Shown here in pieces: positions 1 to 12,724 of a stretch of DNA of 64,000 nucleotides. The translations under genes were made by a program, and so were the position numbers. The stretch is from Octopus vulgaris. Taxonomy: Eukaryota. Position 1 is the first letter of the stretch. Each line of letters starts with the position of its first letter. The stretch covers positions 71,610,001 to 71,674,000 of the forward strand of contig OX597817.1 in NCBI GenBank assembly GCA_951406725.2, in the 5' to 3' direction. The notes beneath the pieces were generated by a model, which was not told the DNA's origin, ran no database searches, and worked only from the letters and a program-made list of their open reading frames with translations.

Positions 1-691
1 CACACACACACACACACACATATATATGTATGTATGTATATCTGAATATGTGTGTGTGTACGTGCGTGTATCTATATATCTACATTATCTATCTGTCTGT
101 CTGTCTGTCTGTCTCACTCTCTCTCTCTCTCTCTCTCTCTATGTATATATATATGTACATACAAGCATACTTATATACATACACACCTCAGTATATATAC
201 GTATACATTTTTGGACAGAGTATTTGTAATTGTTAAGAAAGCCATCCACTTGTAAACGGCCATTCTTACGGATGTATAAACGCTGACACCAGAATGAAAA
301 TACGTACACAACTGTAAAGGCCAATGCAGAAACATACGCAGTTATACACGCACTCACTGACGTCATCGTGGAAGCAAAAAAAAAAAAAGATGAAAGAAAA
401 GGAAAACAAACAAAAAAGACCAAAACACCTAGACATGAAAGACAAACCAAAACATCTATGCTTAATGGTTTCATATGTATTGACAATTATCTGTAAGTTT
501 GAAAATTCAAATGATAGAAAAAAAGTTCACAATTGTTCATAGTTACTAAGAAAACACTTCCTCCAGTGGTGTTCAAAATTCAAAAGACAAGACGTCAGTA
601 ACATCAGCTATGAGATATATTTGAAAAGTATGGATGTGAATAGAACTTGTATTTAAAGCGACGGACATGTTTCGATCTTAGATCAAGTTGG

Positions 692-728
<37 letters not shown>

Positions 729-902
729 AGAACCCAGCAGTGTTTAGGCATAAGCAAAATTTAGGTTAGTTAAAATATGTTTGTGATATATTTCAACTGT
801 TAAAAGGCAAATCCACACCAGTTAATGTAGAGAAAAAATCTCTCTTATAGTAAAAAGGTGTGAAAACTCTCGGTTTGTTCAGTGTCGCCATCTATCAAGA
901 CT

Positions 903-954
903 TCCAGACATCGACGTTTCGTATTTTTTGACTCTTTGACTCTTGTCAATGGGA
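903..954 (-). ncRNA. Degenerate type I hammerhead ribozyme motif
   Basis: Minus strand reads TCCCA TTGACAA GAGTCAAAGAGTCAAAAAATAC GAAAC GTCGAT GTC TGGAA. Helix I is CCA/TGG, the core is two transitions away from CTGACGA, helix III is near-palindromic and the cleavage triplet is GUC. Helix II is decayed. Confidence 0.4.
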
Positions 955-1044
955 TGTACCTAAGAGAGGCAAATTTAAACTAATATATATATATATATAT
1001 ACGCACATACGCACACACACATATATATGTATATACATACACAC

Positions 1045-1137
<93 letters not shown>

Positions 1138-1140
<3 letters not shown>

Positions 1141-1486
1141 TAATAAATATTAGGGAATAAATCCAAACTTACAGGGAAAAATCAGATTTAGGATTGAATC
1201 CAATTTTATAGTAAAATATTATATTATATTAAATTAGAGACAAAACCACTATTAGGCAAATCAAGCAATGAAAGACTTAAGCCAATATAACATTAAAACT
1301 CGCCAAGAAAAATTTTTAACCACCTGATGAATGACTGCGACTCAAAAATTATGAAGACAGCAGGCGAAACGATCGTAGTGGGATATAATTATATATTTAT
1401 AATATTTTGTTACATCATATGTATTGGCTTAAGTCTTTCATTATTTGATTTGCCTAATATGGTTTTGTCTCTAATTTAATATAATA

Positions 1487-1487
<1 letters not shown>
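1138..1487 (+). mobile_element. PLE pseudo-LTR-like fold-back cassette in (TA)n
   Basis: 1221-1287 is the reverse complement of 1422-1487, with an HHR motif between the arms. Related copies lie at 29731-29910 and 53051-53290. Confidence 0.65.
1320..1381 (+). ncRNA. Minimal type I hammerhead ribozyme (PLE-type)
   Basis: CCAC CTGATGA [ATGACTGC...GCAGGC] GAAAC GATC GTA GTGG. The core is intact, helix I is CCAC/GTGG, helix III is the palindrome ACGATCGT and the triplet is GUA. The base of helix II is imperfect. Confidence 0.7.
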
Positions 1488-1573
<86 letters not shown>

Positions 1574-1610
1574 ATTAAATTAGAGATAACACCACTATTA
1601 AGCAGCTCAA

Positions 1611-1730
1611 GTAACTTTCCGAATATCCTACTGAAACCCCTTCTGAAATATATCAAAAACTTCATTAGAGTCGATCTAGACATGCTAAGCCACCTCTGAA
1701 AAATAATCAATGAAAAGACAGCCATGGTAT

Positions 1731-1733
<3 letters not shown>
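1611..1733 (+). mobile_element. Penelope-like RT fragment, inverted duplicate of 2199-2320
   Basis: Translates SNFPNILLKPLLKYIKNFIRVDLDMLSHL*KIINEKTAMVS and is the reverse complement of 2199-2320. Confidence 0.65.
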
Positions 1734-1773
<40 letters not shown>

Positions 1774-1814
1774 ACATACACATATATATGCACTCACATA
1801 CACACACACGCACG

Positions 1815-1861
<47 letters not shown>

Positions 1862-1959
1862 ACACACACTCACATATATATACTGAAGTTCTCTCATCTA
1901 TTGATAAAAGGGATATCTATATCTTTGTAGTGACTCTTGATATACAGTCAATTCTGAAT

Positions 1960-2360
1960 ACCCCATTACTAGGTTTTGCAAGAGCTGCTTTTGTTCTCAT
2001 CATAATTTCCCAATTTTGTCGGTAGTAATTGGTATCAAACATGAATAAATTATTCTGGAGGAGGAATTTTAATGCTTCAATTACAAATTCCTTGTTCATG
2101 CCCTCTAGTAATTCTATTGAATAGTTTTCCAACCAGAATTTGATTGCTTCTATTTCATAGTCGCGTAAGAGACTAGTATACAGGTTCACAGCGTTAAAGG
2201 ATACCATGGCTGTCTTTTCATTATTTTTCAGAGAGGGTTTAGCATGTCTAGATCGACTCTAATGAAGATTTTGATATATTTCAGAAAGGGTTTCAGTAGG
2301 ATATTCTGAAAGTTACTTAAGCGAAGGGTTTCACATGATGGGCCAGCTGTAATTTAAAAA
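1960..2360 (-). pseudogene. Penelope-like element reverse transcriptase fragment
   Basis: ITAGPSCETLRLSN... followed by MVSFNAVNLYTSL...EAIKFWLE...EFVIEALKFLLQNNLFMFDTNYYRQ. This matches PLE RT motifs (RPIVAGP; LVSFDVxSLYT; NNxFxFxxxxYRQ). Confidence 0.8.
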
Positions 2361-2685
2361 CTTTTAACGATGGAATATTAATGTCTGTGTCTGATTAGTT
2401 TTTTTTTGCAGGATTCAAACAAAAGAGTAATTACCCCCTCCTGCTTCTAATAATAACAATCATTGATTATCTCTCCTAAAATTTATCTATCTTCCTATTC
2501 ATTTACAAGATATTTGTCCAACAAACATAGAATGAAAACATTATGATAACATGAAATTATAGCATTATCGCTTACTACTTAGTTGTAATTAACATGAGTG
2601 AAACCAGTCAATTTGTAAATATGTATTCTCCAGCATAAAAAAATTTCTATACATTTCCTTTCGTTTCATATTTATATATATACAT

Positions 2686-2772
<87 letters not shown>

Positions 2773-2832
2773 TCTAGTTTCAGCTCAGAACTGCGGCCAT
2801 GCTGATGCACCGCCGTTTATATATATATATTC

Positions 2833-2964
<132 letters not shown>

Positions 2965-3518
2965 AAGACAAAGAAAGAGAGATCGGGAAGAAGAGAGAGA
3001 AAGAATCTAGTAGCATTGTTCATAAATATCAGCAATTGCGCAAAGATAGCACCTGAACTTTGTGCTCTGTATACTAATGAAAGTTACAGGCGAGACTTGC
3101 ATATAATATAATTTAAGCTGAGATAACGCACCCTGTAACGGATCGTAACCAACAATCAAAGATCAACAAGCAAACATCTCCAATAATTTTTGTAAGTTTG
3201 GTAAATTAAGACGATACAGATGCAAGAAGATCAGGCATATTCGGTGCAAAGTCATTATCGAGCAAAATTTAGTTTGTTAGATCTTGTTGCTGTCAAATCA
3301 TTTTATTGAAAATTTCAAAACATTGTAACTATGGTTAAGTTTTATATTTGTCAACTATCGAATATGCATCAATGTCGAATTTTATATATTCAAAACTTTT
3401 CATCCATAGCTACAAATATTTTCGAAAGATCAAAGCTTATCTTGCAATGATTTGAATTTTGATACATCCATATATATTAAACGCTATATTCGTACATTGG
3501 GCACTCAGTATTATGTAC

Positions 3519-5147
3519 AGGCGTGGAAGCGAGATTAAAAAGCTTGCTTTCCGATCATGTTGTCTTGGGTTCAGTCTCACTGCTTGGCACCTTGGGTAAG
3601 GGCCTTCTATTATAACCTCGGGCAGACCAAAGGCTTATTGGATTTGGTAGGACACTGAAAGAAGCTCGTCGTATATACATACATACATGTATATATATAT
3701 ATATATATACATACATATATACTAGCTGAATTATCTGGAATTACCCGGAAAAGCGGAGGCTATTTCCAGTTCCCGTTCCCATAACATTGTTTCATGTCTT
3801 ATACTGTTCCCTGTTCAGTTCCCGTTTAAATTACGAATAGAGTTAGAAATGGTGACTTGGGATAGATTTACAAATACTAGCAAGTAATACAGTTGAATGG
3901 TAAAACTGATTGATTGTAATGGTAAGGTAATATCAAAGTTGAATTGGTGGATGGTTGAAAGGATGAGATAATTGACGAGGTGCAACTATGAAACAATTGA
4001 ATGATGGTTGATTATTAGCATAGCGAAAAATTGCACAAATCTGTCCTGATCTAAAGACCTATCTGTCGGGGAAGGCATGGTCTGACATGGAAGAAACAAA
4101 AATATATATAAGATATTCTATTGTAAAAATTGCCCGACAACGACGGGCTATTCATCACCGGAAGAAAATGAAAGACATTTTATTGTTATTGTTTCTATAC
4201 GTTGGTAAAGTTTTAATATATCTTAATACGGTGATTTAAAAACAAAAATAAAAACATTTTACCTTTCCCTTGTTAGTTTAACATCTGTTGTTAGATATAC
4301 TGTAAAAGTTTTGACAAAGCATACGACAGTTAATTCACTAAAGCGTATGCGTTAAGTGATAGGTGAAAATTAAAGACCAAAATATTAAAAATCGCTGTTC
4401 CCTTCAGTAAACACATTCTCTCTCTCTCTCGCTCTGTCCCTGCCTTTGTAAAAGTTTTGACTGAGCATACGATAATTTATTCACTAAAGCGTACGTGTTA
4501 AGTAACAGGTAAAAAATAAAGAAAACATGTATTAAAAACAGCTGTTCTATTCAGTAAAGACATTATCTCTCTCCCGCTCTGTCTCTGTCTTTGTAGAAAT
4601 TGCCCGAAGAAAATGAAAGACATTATCTATAGTCTTATTGTTTTAGTACGTTAGTAAAGTTTTAATAAATTTTAATATGATGATTTGAAAACAAATATAA
4701 GAAACACTTTACCTTTCCCTTCTTAGTTTAACACCTGCTGTTGGACATAGCGTTAAGTAAAAATTGAAGAATAAAGTATTAAAATTTACTGTTCCCTTCA
4801 TAAAATACATTCTCTCTCCCTGTCTCTCGTTTTTTCTCTCTGCCTCTCACATTTCCTGTCTCTCGGTTTCTTTCTGTTCCCCCCTTCCCTGACACCAGCC
4901 ACCCTCATTATGTCACTACATCTCTCTCAACCTAACACTTTTCCACCCTTCTCATTTTGTCATATCATAGCTCAACCCCCATAGGGGACCCGTTATAGAT
5001 TTTTAGGACTCATTATCGACTTTTATTGAAATCTAATTAGCCTATAATTGAACTGGATGTTAGTTTAAAATGTATGCAAAGTTTCGAGAAGATCGGTTCA
5101 CTGCTATAGGCAACAAGATGGTAACAGACAGATAGATAGAAATTACC

Positions 5148-5224
<77 letters not shown>

Positions 5225-5465
5225 CACGCACACCCGCACGCACACGTGTGTGTGTGTGTGTGTATGTTTGTGTCTTCGTGTTTGCTTTGTGTTTGTACAC
5301 CTCCAAAGTTTGGAAACCGATTTAGGTTTGTTTCCGTCCTTGTAACTCAGCAGTTCGGAAAAAGAAAATAAGTCTCAGATAAACAAGTAGTGGAAGCGAT
5401 TTATTCGACTAAACTCTTTAAATCAGTGCCCCAGCATGGTCAGAGTCCAAAGAATGACACAAAAA
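3519..5465 (+). mobile_element. SINE family A copy (diverged) split by a Helitron-like insertion
   Basis: The head at 3519-3675 and the tail at ~5265-5465 match intact copies such as 15430-15860. The internal microsatellite contains 3721-5147. Confidence 0.6.
3721..5147 (+). mobile_element. Non-autonomous Lep1-like Helitron/Helentron-type element
   Basis: Starts ACTAGCTGA followed by a short hairpin and has internal tandem duplications (~4120-4820). Ends ATGTATGCAAAGTTTC..ATCGGTTCA..GGTAACAGACAGATAG, resembling Lep1-type termini. Inserted in (TA)n. Confidence 0.6.
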
Positions 5466-5557
5466 GGTAATATATAGTCATGTATTCGTGCATGCTTTGG
5501 CCAATAAAAATACAAGCACAGGATATATTTCGCTTTTATTATTATCATTTAGCTTAC

Positions 5558-5745
5558 GGCGGTGAGCTGACATAACCTTAGCGGCATTTCGCCCGTCTTT
5601 ATGTTCTGAGTTCAAATTTCGCCGAAGTTGACTCTGCCTTTCATCATTTCGGAGTCGATAAAATTAGTACCAGTTGAGTACTGGGATCGATATAATCGAC
5701 TTACCCCGTCCCCGAAATTGCTGCCCCCGTGTCAAATTTTAAAAC
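5558..5745 (+). mobile_element. SINE family B (tRNA-like head, GCCTTTCATCCTTTCGGGGTCGATAAA..AGTACCAG central domain)
   Basis: Multi-copy in this window, with a B-box-like GAGTTCAAAT. Confidence 0.75.
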
Positions 5746-6200
5746 CATTATTGTGATTTAATGTATTAATTTATCAAGTGTTTAATAAATGAATTGACTG
5801 ATTATTCCACTGTGCTTTCATAACAGCCTATGATCTTATCGATCACGTGAAACTAATAGGAGATACACATTAGCGTGGAGGCGAACAGATGATGGTACGT
5901 CACCAATAAGACGACGAAAAGGCTGTGACTCTTGATCAAATAAATTTTTTGTCAAATAGTTGTGTAGTTACGACAATAATAAAAACGAAGTGAAATATAA
6001 CTAGTGCCTGTGGTTATATTGAAAAATAACTTTCACGATCTCTTTCTATATACGCTCAGATCAATGATTTTATATAACAAACACATATGTGTATGAACAA
6101 ATACACACGGCACACGCACACACAGACACACGCACACACACATACACACATACACAAACACACACACATGCGTGTTTGTGTTGTGTGCACGTGTATGAAT

Positions 6201-6340
6201 ATATGTGCGTATATACATACATATGCTCTCACACCTACCCACTTATATATGTGCGTATATACATACATATGCTCTCACACCTACCCACATATATATGTGC
6301 GTATATACATACATATGCTCTCACACCTACCCACATATAT
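6201..6340. repeat. 46-bp tandem repeat x3
   Basis: ATATGTGCGTATATACATACATATGCTCTCACACCTACCCAC recurs three times. Confidence 0.85.
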
Positions 6341-6457
6341 ACTTACCTGTTTCTATAAGTCTGTATATACACATCCACACAAAAATCTTCATGCACGAAA
6401 ACTGATAAAGAAAGACTGGGGAACTTACATATAGAAATGTGACAAATAGGTAGTGTC

Positions 6458-6529
<72 letters not shown>

Positions 6530-6964
6530 TGTGTGTATGAAGAGAGGGTTAGAGAGAAAGAGGGTGAGTAGGTGAGAGACTGTTGCTTGATGCAAAGCAA
6601 GATGGCGACCATCCACCCATCATTGCTGACTAAAATTTATTACATACGGGAAAATTCTTGGCTTAGAAAACGGAATGAATGCGTGATTAAACGTCGTGAT
6701 GTATTCCACTAATTCTTTGTTTTTTTAGCAAATTCTATTTACATTATGAACTCTAGTCACCTGGGGTTAAATGTGGCTTCATCATTGTGAAGGCAATTTA
6801 AAAATATATCAGATATATATTGGGATCGATCGAATCATTACTGTATATTTCTCTACATTTGCCAATATTAGAATTCAATAAGTCCGAACAAATATATATC
6901 AAGGGAACAATTTGCATAGAAAATAGATGTGCGATAGGGTCTCACATATAGAGGGTTGAAAAAT

Positions 6965-7795
6965 TTTGATTGGTACTTCCCTTTTATCAGCAGCCAATTT
7001 TTTTTATATACTAAAGGATTAGTAATGAAACTTACATTCGTGAGACAGGTGTAATAGTTGATCGGTGGACTATCGGAATAGAGAGAGAAAAAAGGGCAGA
7101 GAGAGAGAAAAAAAGGCATAGAGAGAGAAAAAGGGTAAGGAATTGGATGATTGTATCCTTCTGAGGAAGAAATTTCGTCCAATTTTTTAAAAATAATTTT
7201 GCCCTTAGATTCTGTGCCTTTTTCCGATATGAATTTTTACAGATACAGGCACCGGTGGAAGAAATTTTGTTTATAAAAAAAAAAAGAAAAAAAATTGCCT
7301 TCAAATTCTGTGCCCTTTTCCGATATAAATTTTTTACAGATACAAGCATACTTCTACATATGTTGGTAATTGTTTCCAAATCATGCGACTCAAAAAGCGA
7401 AGTAACACGAAAGATCATTAAAATATTCATTAGTTTATATCGGTTCTAATAAATGGTTTGTACATATTTTCACGTATTTTATTAGATTTTTCACTTCAGT
7501 TTTGTTTTTTAGGATTTTTTTACCCCTAAATTCTATGCTTTTAAATATGTTCTCAGAGACCAACGTAAAGTCGGATAAATTTATTGTAATTTATTAAAAA
7601 CAAATGGCGTGAAGTCGAAAAAGGCGTAACACGAAACAACATATGTTGAGTCACTTTTCTCCGTGATGTAGTAATAGCTATTCCGAAAGATCACCGATCA
7701 GCAGTTAGATCCGTCTCGCGAGTATAATAGATTATTTAATAATTTTTTTTGTAAATAAAAAATTGACTGTCGATAATAGGAAAGTACCCATTAGT
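6965..7795. mobile_element. Old non-autonomous DNA transposon/MITE with ~110-bp imperfect inverted repeats
   Basis: 6969-7081 aligns to the reverse complement of 7678-7790, and there is an internal direct repeat at 7209/7303. Confidence 0.5.
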
Positions 7796-8299
7796 CAGAT
7801 GACATTATCCAAGCAGTTAGTAGACAAAATCTCCCCATCAGAGGATTTAAAATATAAAAGAGAAAAACGAAGAATTGAAATTATTCGAATAAAAGCAAAA
7901 AAAAAAAAAAAAAAATCAATATGCTACATACCTGAAAGGAACTGTATGTCATCGATATATACATGTATGGGACATCAACTGCTGTTTTCAAGTCAGCTGG
8001 TATCAATATAAATAGAATGTTAGGTACTCCAAATAACGGTACCAACATTACTGTAAATTTGGCCAGTTTCCTGCAAGTAAATAAATGGAAAATAAAATAT
8101 AAGGCGGACAGTTTTGAGGACAGAGGATTCGTTAATGGTACTGTCCCTAGTAAATGATGGCATTCTATTACATCCCAGCTGAAAGAATAAACGTCAAAAT
8201 TGATCACGGCGGGAACTGAGCTAAGAATGTAAAAGACGCTTTAACGATTCCGATAAATGATGACGGTGATAGTGATTATTATGATAATAATAATAACGG

Positions 8300-8509
8300 T
8301 TTCGCATTTTGCCACAAGGGCAGACGTTTTGGGGAAGGAGATAAGTCGATTATATCGACCCCAGTGTTTCACTGGTACTTAATTTATCGACCCCGAAAGG
8401 ATGAAAGGCAAAGTAGACCTCGGCGGAATTTGAAATCAGGACGTAGCGGCAGACGAAATACTGCTAAGTATTTCGCTTGGCGTGCTAACGATTCTGTTAG
8501 CTCACCGCC

Positions 8510-8510
<1 letters not shown>
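8300..8510 (-). mobile_element. SINE family B
   Basis: Near full-length match to the other family B copies. Confidence 0.8.
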
Positions 8511-8570
<60 letters not shown>

Positions 8571-8572
<2 letters not shown>

Positions 8573-9105
8573 CAAAATCAGGCACTGGCTCTGATGGTTT
8601 CTGATCTTAACTGATTGGAAGTGTTATCATGTACATGTTTTGTCTTGTCATAAACGATGGGCTACAGCAAATATTCTGCTCAATACCACAGATTTGCTTG
8701 ACAGTCGTTTGACCTTAACCAGGTGGCTGACGATAAATGTATCTCCGATCATGTGCGGAAGTAGGGGGGGGGAGAATCATAGCCATGCGTTGAGAGGAAT
8801 TCTTTTGGGTTTGAATAATACACCCCTGGAAACATGAGTGTTTCGTTCAACATCCTTAAAGAAACCCTTAATCAGGAACCTTTTAAGTGGGATGGGCTAC
8901 TCGACTTGAAGAAAATTCTAACTGGGCCCCACCAGCAAGGTCATGTGCTGTTTATCTTGATATGAGATCACCAAGTCGTGCACATATGTTAGTGATGCAT
9001 CTGCTTGGTGTACCCTTATCAGACGTATAGTCATGATGGATATATTGTATTTCATATATTTTCACCCTAGCGTCACTTTGATGGCATGTACTTTTCACTC
9101 ACTCA
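8571..9105 (+). mobile_element. Non-coding segment flanked by (TAA)n, possibly the 3' UTR of a microsatellite-targeting LINE
   Basis: GC-richer block bounded on both sides by (TAA)n, the same arrangement as the R4/Dong copy at 52475-52963. No ORF. Confidence 0.4.
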
Positions 9106-10039
9106 ATAATAATAATAATAATAATCTTTTTATCATTTTCTATAAGTAAGGTGGTGAGCTAGCAGAATCGTTAGTGCGCCGGACAGAATGCTTAGCAGCA
9201 TTTCACCCGTCTTTACATTCAAAGACTTTGCCATTCATCTTGTTAAGAGTTGATAAAATAAGTGCCAGTTGTAATCAGCTAGCTCCTATCCCAAGATTTC
9301 AAGCCTTGTGCCTATAGGGGAATGGATTATTTACTACCAGCTTTCAAAGTGATAAAAAAAAATAGATGGTAACATTGAACAAGGCGTGTGGGATGGAATG
9401 AAGATTTATAAATACGAGGGTAAGGTTGAAAAATATTTTATAATATATAACTGGACGAAATAAACTTTTATAAGCACAAACATTTACACTGAAATAAATA
9501 AAAAAGGATGATAAAAACACAGTAATCAAAACAAGGAATTTATATAAAATTCAAATCTCCCGTTACTTTGACCAGTGCATCTTACTTCTCTGGTAATCCC
9601 TGAGGAGTGCAGCACCATGGTATATTTCAGTGCTGGAAATTCTGGAATCTTCTGTGAAGAGTTTTGGCACATGTGGGGGAGCACATCGTTTTGTTTGTTG
9701 AAATATGATATTTAATAAAATCTTAGATTTGCACTGCTATTCTGTCGTTTATATAGTGTTTAAAAATCTTGTCCCATTTGCATCAGTACTTTGTTTGGAT
9801 ATTCCTTGCCTATTTATAAGTGTTTTATTCGGAGTCTGGTTTTCCTTGCGAATGGTAGTGAATTTCATTTCGTTCAAGTTGGGCTCTAGTTCATCCTCAC
9901 ACGTCATCGATTCTCCTTCATAAAATAAAGATTTTTCTTCAGTGAAAAGAATATTTTTTCAGGAAGCGTATCCAACCTCGTACATTTTTTCGGTTGGGTC
10001 TATTTTTATTTTTTTTCAGAAGTTTGCTTTTCTCAAGAG

Positions 10040-10380
10040 GTCATCTCAAGTTAGTGGTCCCAGAGGTGTCATAGTGTGTAGAGCCAACAAGGTCCACCAG
10101 CGCTCTTCATCGCTAGCTGTTCCGTGCCAACCCCTCTGGATCCTCCAAGGAGACGTCGAGATTCTGGAGATCTTCCCCAAACACGTTCAGTCTTCTAGTG
10201 CGGAGTCTGCCACGAGGTCTCTTCAAGTCCGCAGCTGCTGTATCGAATGAGAATAAATCCCTGGTAGGATGATCTAGCGGGAGTCGGAGGACATGTCCAT
10301 ACCAGCACATGCGACAGATAGCTATGAGATAGGAGGCTGCGGGCTGATACTTGCACTCGCGCACGTTGTTCTTTGTTGAG
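10040..10380 (-). mobile_element. RTE-like LINE 3' fragment
   Basis: CWYGHVLRLPLDHPTR...KRPRGRLRTRR.....EDL matches the RTE C-terminal motif (RWxGHVxR...RPRGRPRxRW). Confidence 0.75.
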
Positions 10381-10519
10381 CTATTTGGAATACATATTAA
10401 TTTCTTCAAATTTAAAGGAAGACTAAAATCAACATTAATAGAGATCCCTGTTAAAACTTATTAAATAACATAAACTAAGCATTACAGATAGTTTTTTTCC
10501 CATAAACCATCGTATGATG

Positions 10520-10830
10520 CACCCAGACATCAGCAATGATGTTCCTGGAATCACTGCGCGTGTTTCGGCTTTTCAAACATTCTCATCCAGGATATCCAGT
10601 AAGAGTTAATTAAGCTCTAGCTTGTGTCTATTTATATCCTCAACTTGCATTACCCTTCGAGCGCTCACATCGGATCCACAACCATTTAAAGCAACTTCTG
10701 CTATCCCTATAACCAACTTTATGGTCTTCAGCCAACTCGTTCCTGTGTTGTCCAGTATGTCATAGACTTTGCAGAGAGACTGGCCTGTAAAATCTATGCA
10801 TCCCACCTTAATGAGGTCATACCTTGCCAG
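10520..10830 (-). mobile_element. HERO/NeSL-like RLE LINE 3' end
   Basis: KVGCIDFTGQSLCKVY resembles the EVGCRGFxGQSLC C-terminal motif, and is followed by a short 3' UTR. Confidence 0.55.
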
Positions 10831-11684
10831 AAGTGAAATTTAAGTACACTCGCCCCAAACCATCCAAATACTGATCACGAAATACGAACTATCGAACTGT
10901 CGGATGGTAATTTGACCACATGCAACTCCCTATGTTTTACAACATCAATACTTTGAATAAGTTTAAGCTAAAATATAAGAAACTCTATACGTCTTAATTA
11001 ATTGCCCAATCAATAAATTCTAATTAATCACGCAACTCCTCGTACAAAGTTAGGTTAACCAAATGAAATAATTAATATTTTACGGATAATCAAAAATTTT
11101 CTTAAAACGCCACCATTTACAGCTGTTGGACATTTTGTGATTTCTTTCAAAATATATTTACTTGTTAAAAGAAGAATTATATATAATATTCTAATGACAA
11201 TTAATTAGATTCATGGAATACGTTGTTTTTCGTTTAAGCTTCATTGCAGAAATCTTAATTTTCTCATTTCTCGTTTCCATGCTAGATTGCTTTTAGCATA
11301 TCACGACGTATCCCTCTGATTACTTTTATATACATAAACGAATCCTGAGATATTTATTTACAGAACCAAGAATACAGATAGCCAGTTGTTTCACTTATGT
11401 CATTTTGGAATCAGATGCCTACAGAAATATTTACGCAATGCATCTCCATCGTGTTCAATGTTCCATTAATTTGGAATAATTAATTTGATATATAGCAATA
11501 ATAATGTAGATTATAATTTCTGTCATAGGCAATGAAATAAGAAGAAAGAAATAGGAATTTGAACAAGTGGTTCAGTGGATCGAAGCGAGCTCAGTACTTG
11601 AATGGTATTTATTTTCTCGCTCATGAAACATTGCAAGACAAAGTGGATGGTAAAAACATGTATTTTGCAGTAATATTAGTTTTA

Positions 11685-11890
11685 AATTTTGGCACAAGGT
11701 CAGTAATTTTAGGGGAGGGGATAAGTGGATTACATCGACCCTGAGCTCAACTGGCACATATTTCATCGCCCCCGAAAGAGTGTAAAGCAAAGCCGACTTC
11801 GGGGTGAATTTGAATTCAGAATGTGAAGAGCAGGATGAAATGCTGCTAATCTTTTTGTACAACGTACTAATGACAGTGACGGCTCACAGC
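11685..11890 (-). mobile_element. SINE family B (diverged)
   Basis: Similarity to family B copies. Confidence 0.65.
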
Positions 11891-12095
11891 CCTCTATTTT
11901 GCATGAATAACGGCATCAAATTTTGGCACAGGGAAAGCAGGTTTTGCGTAGAGGGGTAGACTGATAATTATTTTATCAGCCCCTAAAGGATGAAAGACAT
12001 AGGCGACCTCAGAAAGACGGACGGAAAAATTTAAGCAAGGCCTCACCGCTTCATCAATTCAGCTACTTCACCGTTTAATGCTGCTACTTAACTTT

Positions 12096-12128
<33 letters not shown>

Positions 12129-12295
12129 TGATGATCAGTATGATCAGCTGAGACACTAAAAATATCATCCAAATCTCCACCAAATCACTCCATTACCATC
12201 TTAGAAAAAGACATGTTAGAAAACAAGGTGCTAGGCTTCCTGAACATAGATAAAAGACTGAATGGTTATAGCTAAATGATTTTTGTCATTTAGGA

Positions 12296-12375
12296 ATTTC
12301 AACCGTGTTTCGTGGTCTGCTACCAGAACAGCTCTTTTATAGGATCCAGTTAGCTCAAGACATCATCAGGATTAA
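12296..12375 (-). ncRNA. Hammerhead-like motif with long helix II
   Basis: Minus strand reads AATC CTGATGA TGTCTTGAGCTAACTGGA...TCTGGTAGCAGACCAC GAAAC ACG GTT GA. The core is intact and helix II pairs partially, but helix I is only ~2 bp. Confidence 0.4.
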
Positions 12376-12724
12376 AACGATTAAAACTGACCTAGAGTTA
12401 GAAAAACAATGACGACGAAAAACAGTAGCAGCAAAAACAACAACCCCCTGACGATTACTACAATGTGATGATATTAAATGTAGCAAGAACAACTGCACGA
12501 CAAATTTGGCAAGTGTCGTCTGATATAACCTTGTAAATAAAGTTGGGTAGACGAAAACGGTGCAGAAGCCCGACGGTAGTCCCCTTCCTATTTTTAGGCG
12601 CTGGATTTGATCCTTTGTTGGCTTAACACATTCGGTTGGCCCTTCAGTACATTTAGCACTGTCTGCCCCGCTGCAAATATTCGAATCTAGTTTCTGTTTC
12701 GAAAATAACTTCAATTTCTCTCAC

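Noticed and set aside
139-486. ORF with an apparent transmembrane segment (SACITAYVSALAFTVVYVFSFW)
   Set aside because: No recognisable homology, it crosses poly-T and microsatellite sequence, and the splice signals are unconvincing.
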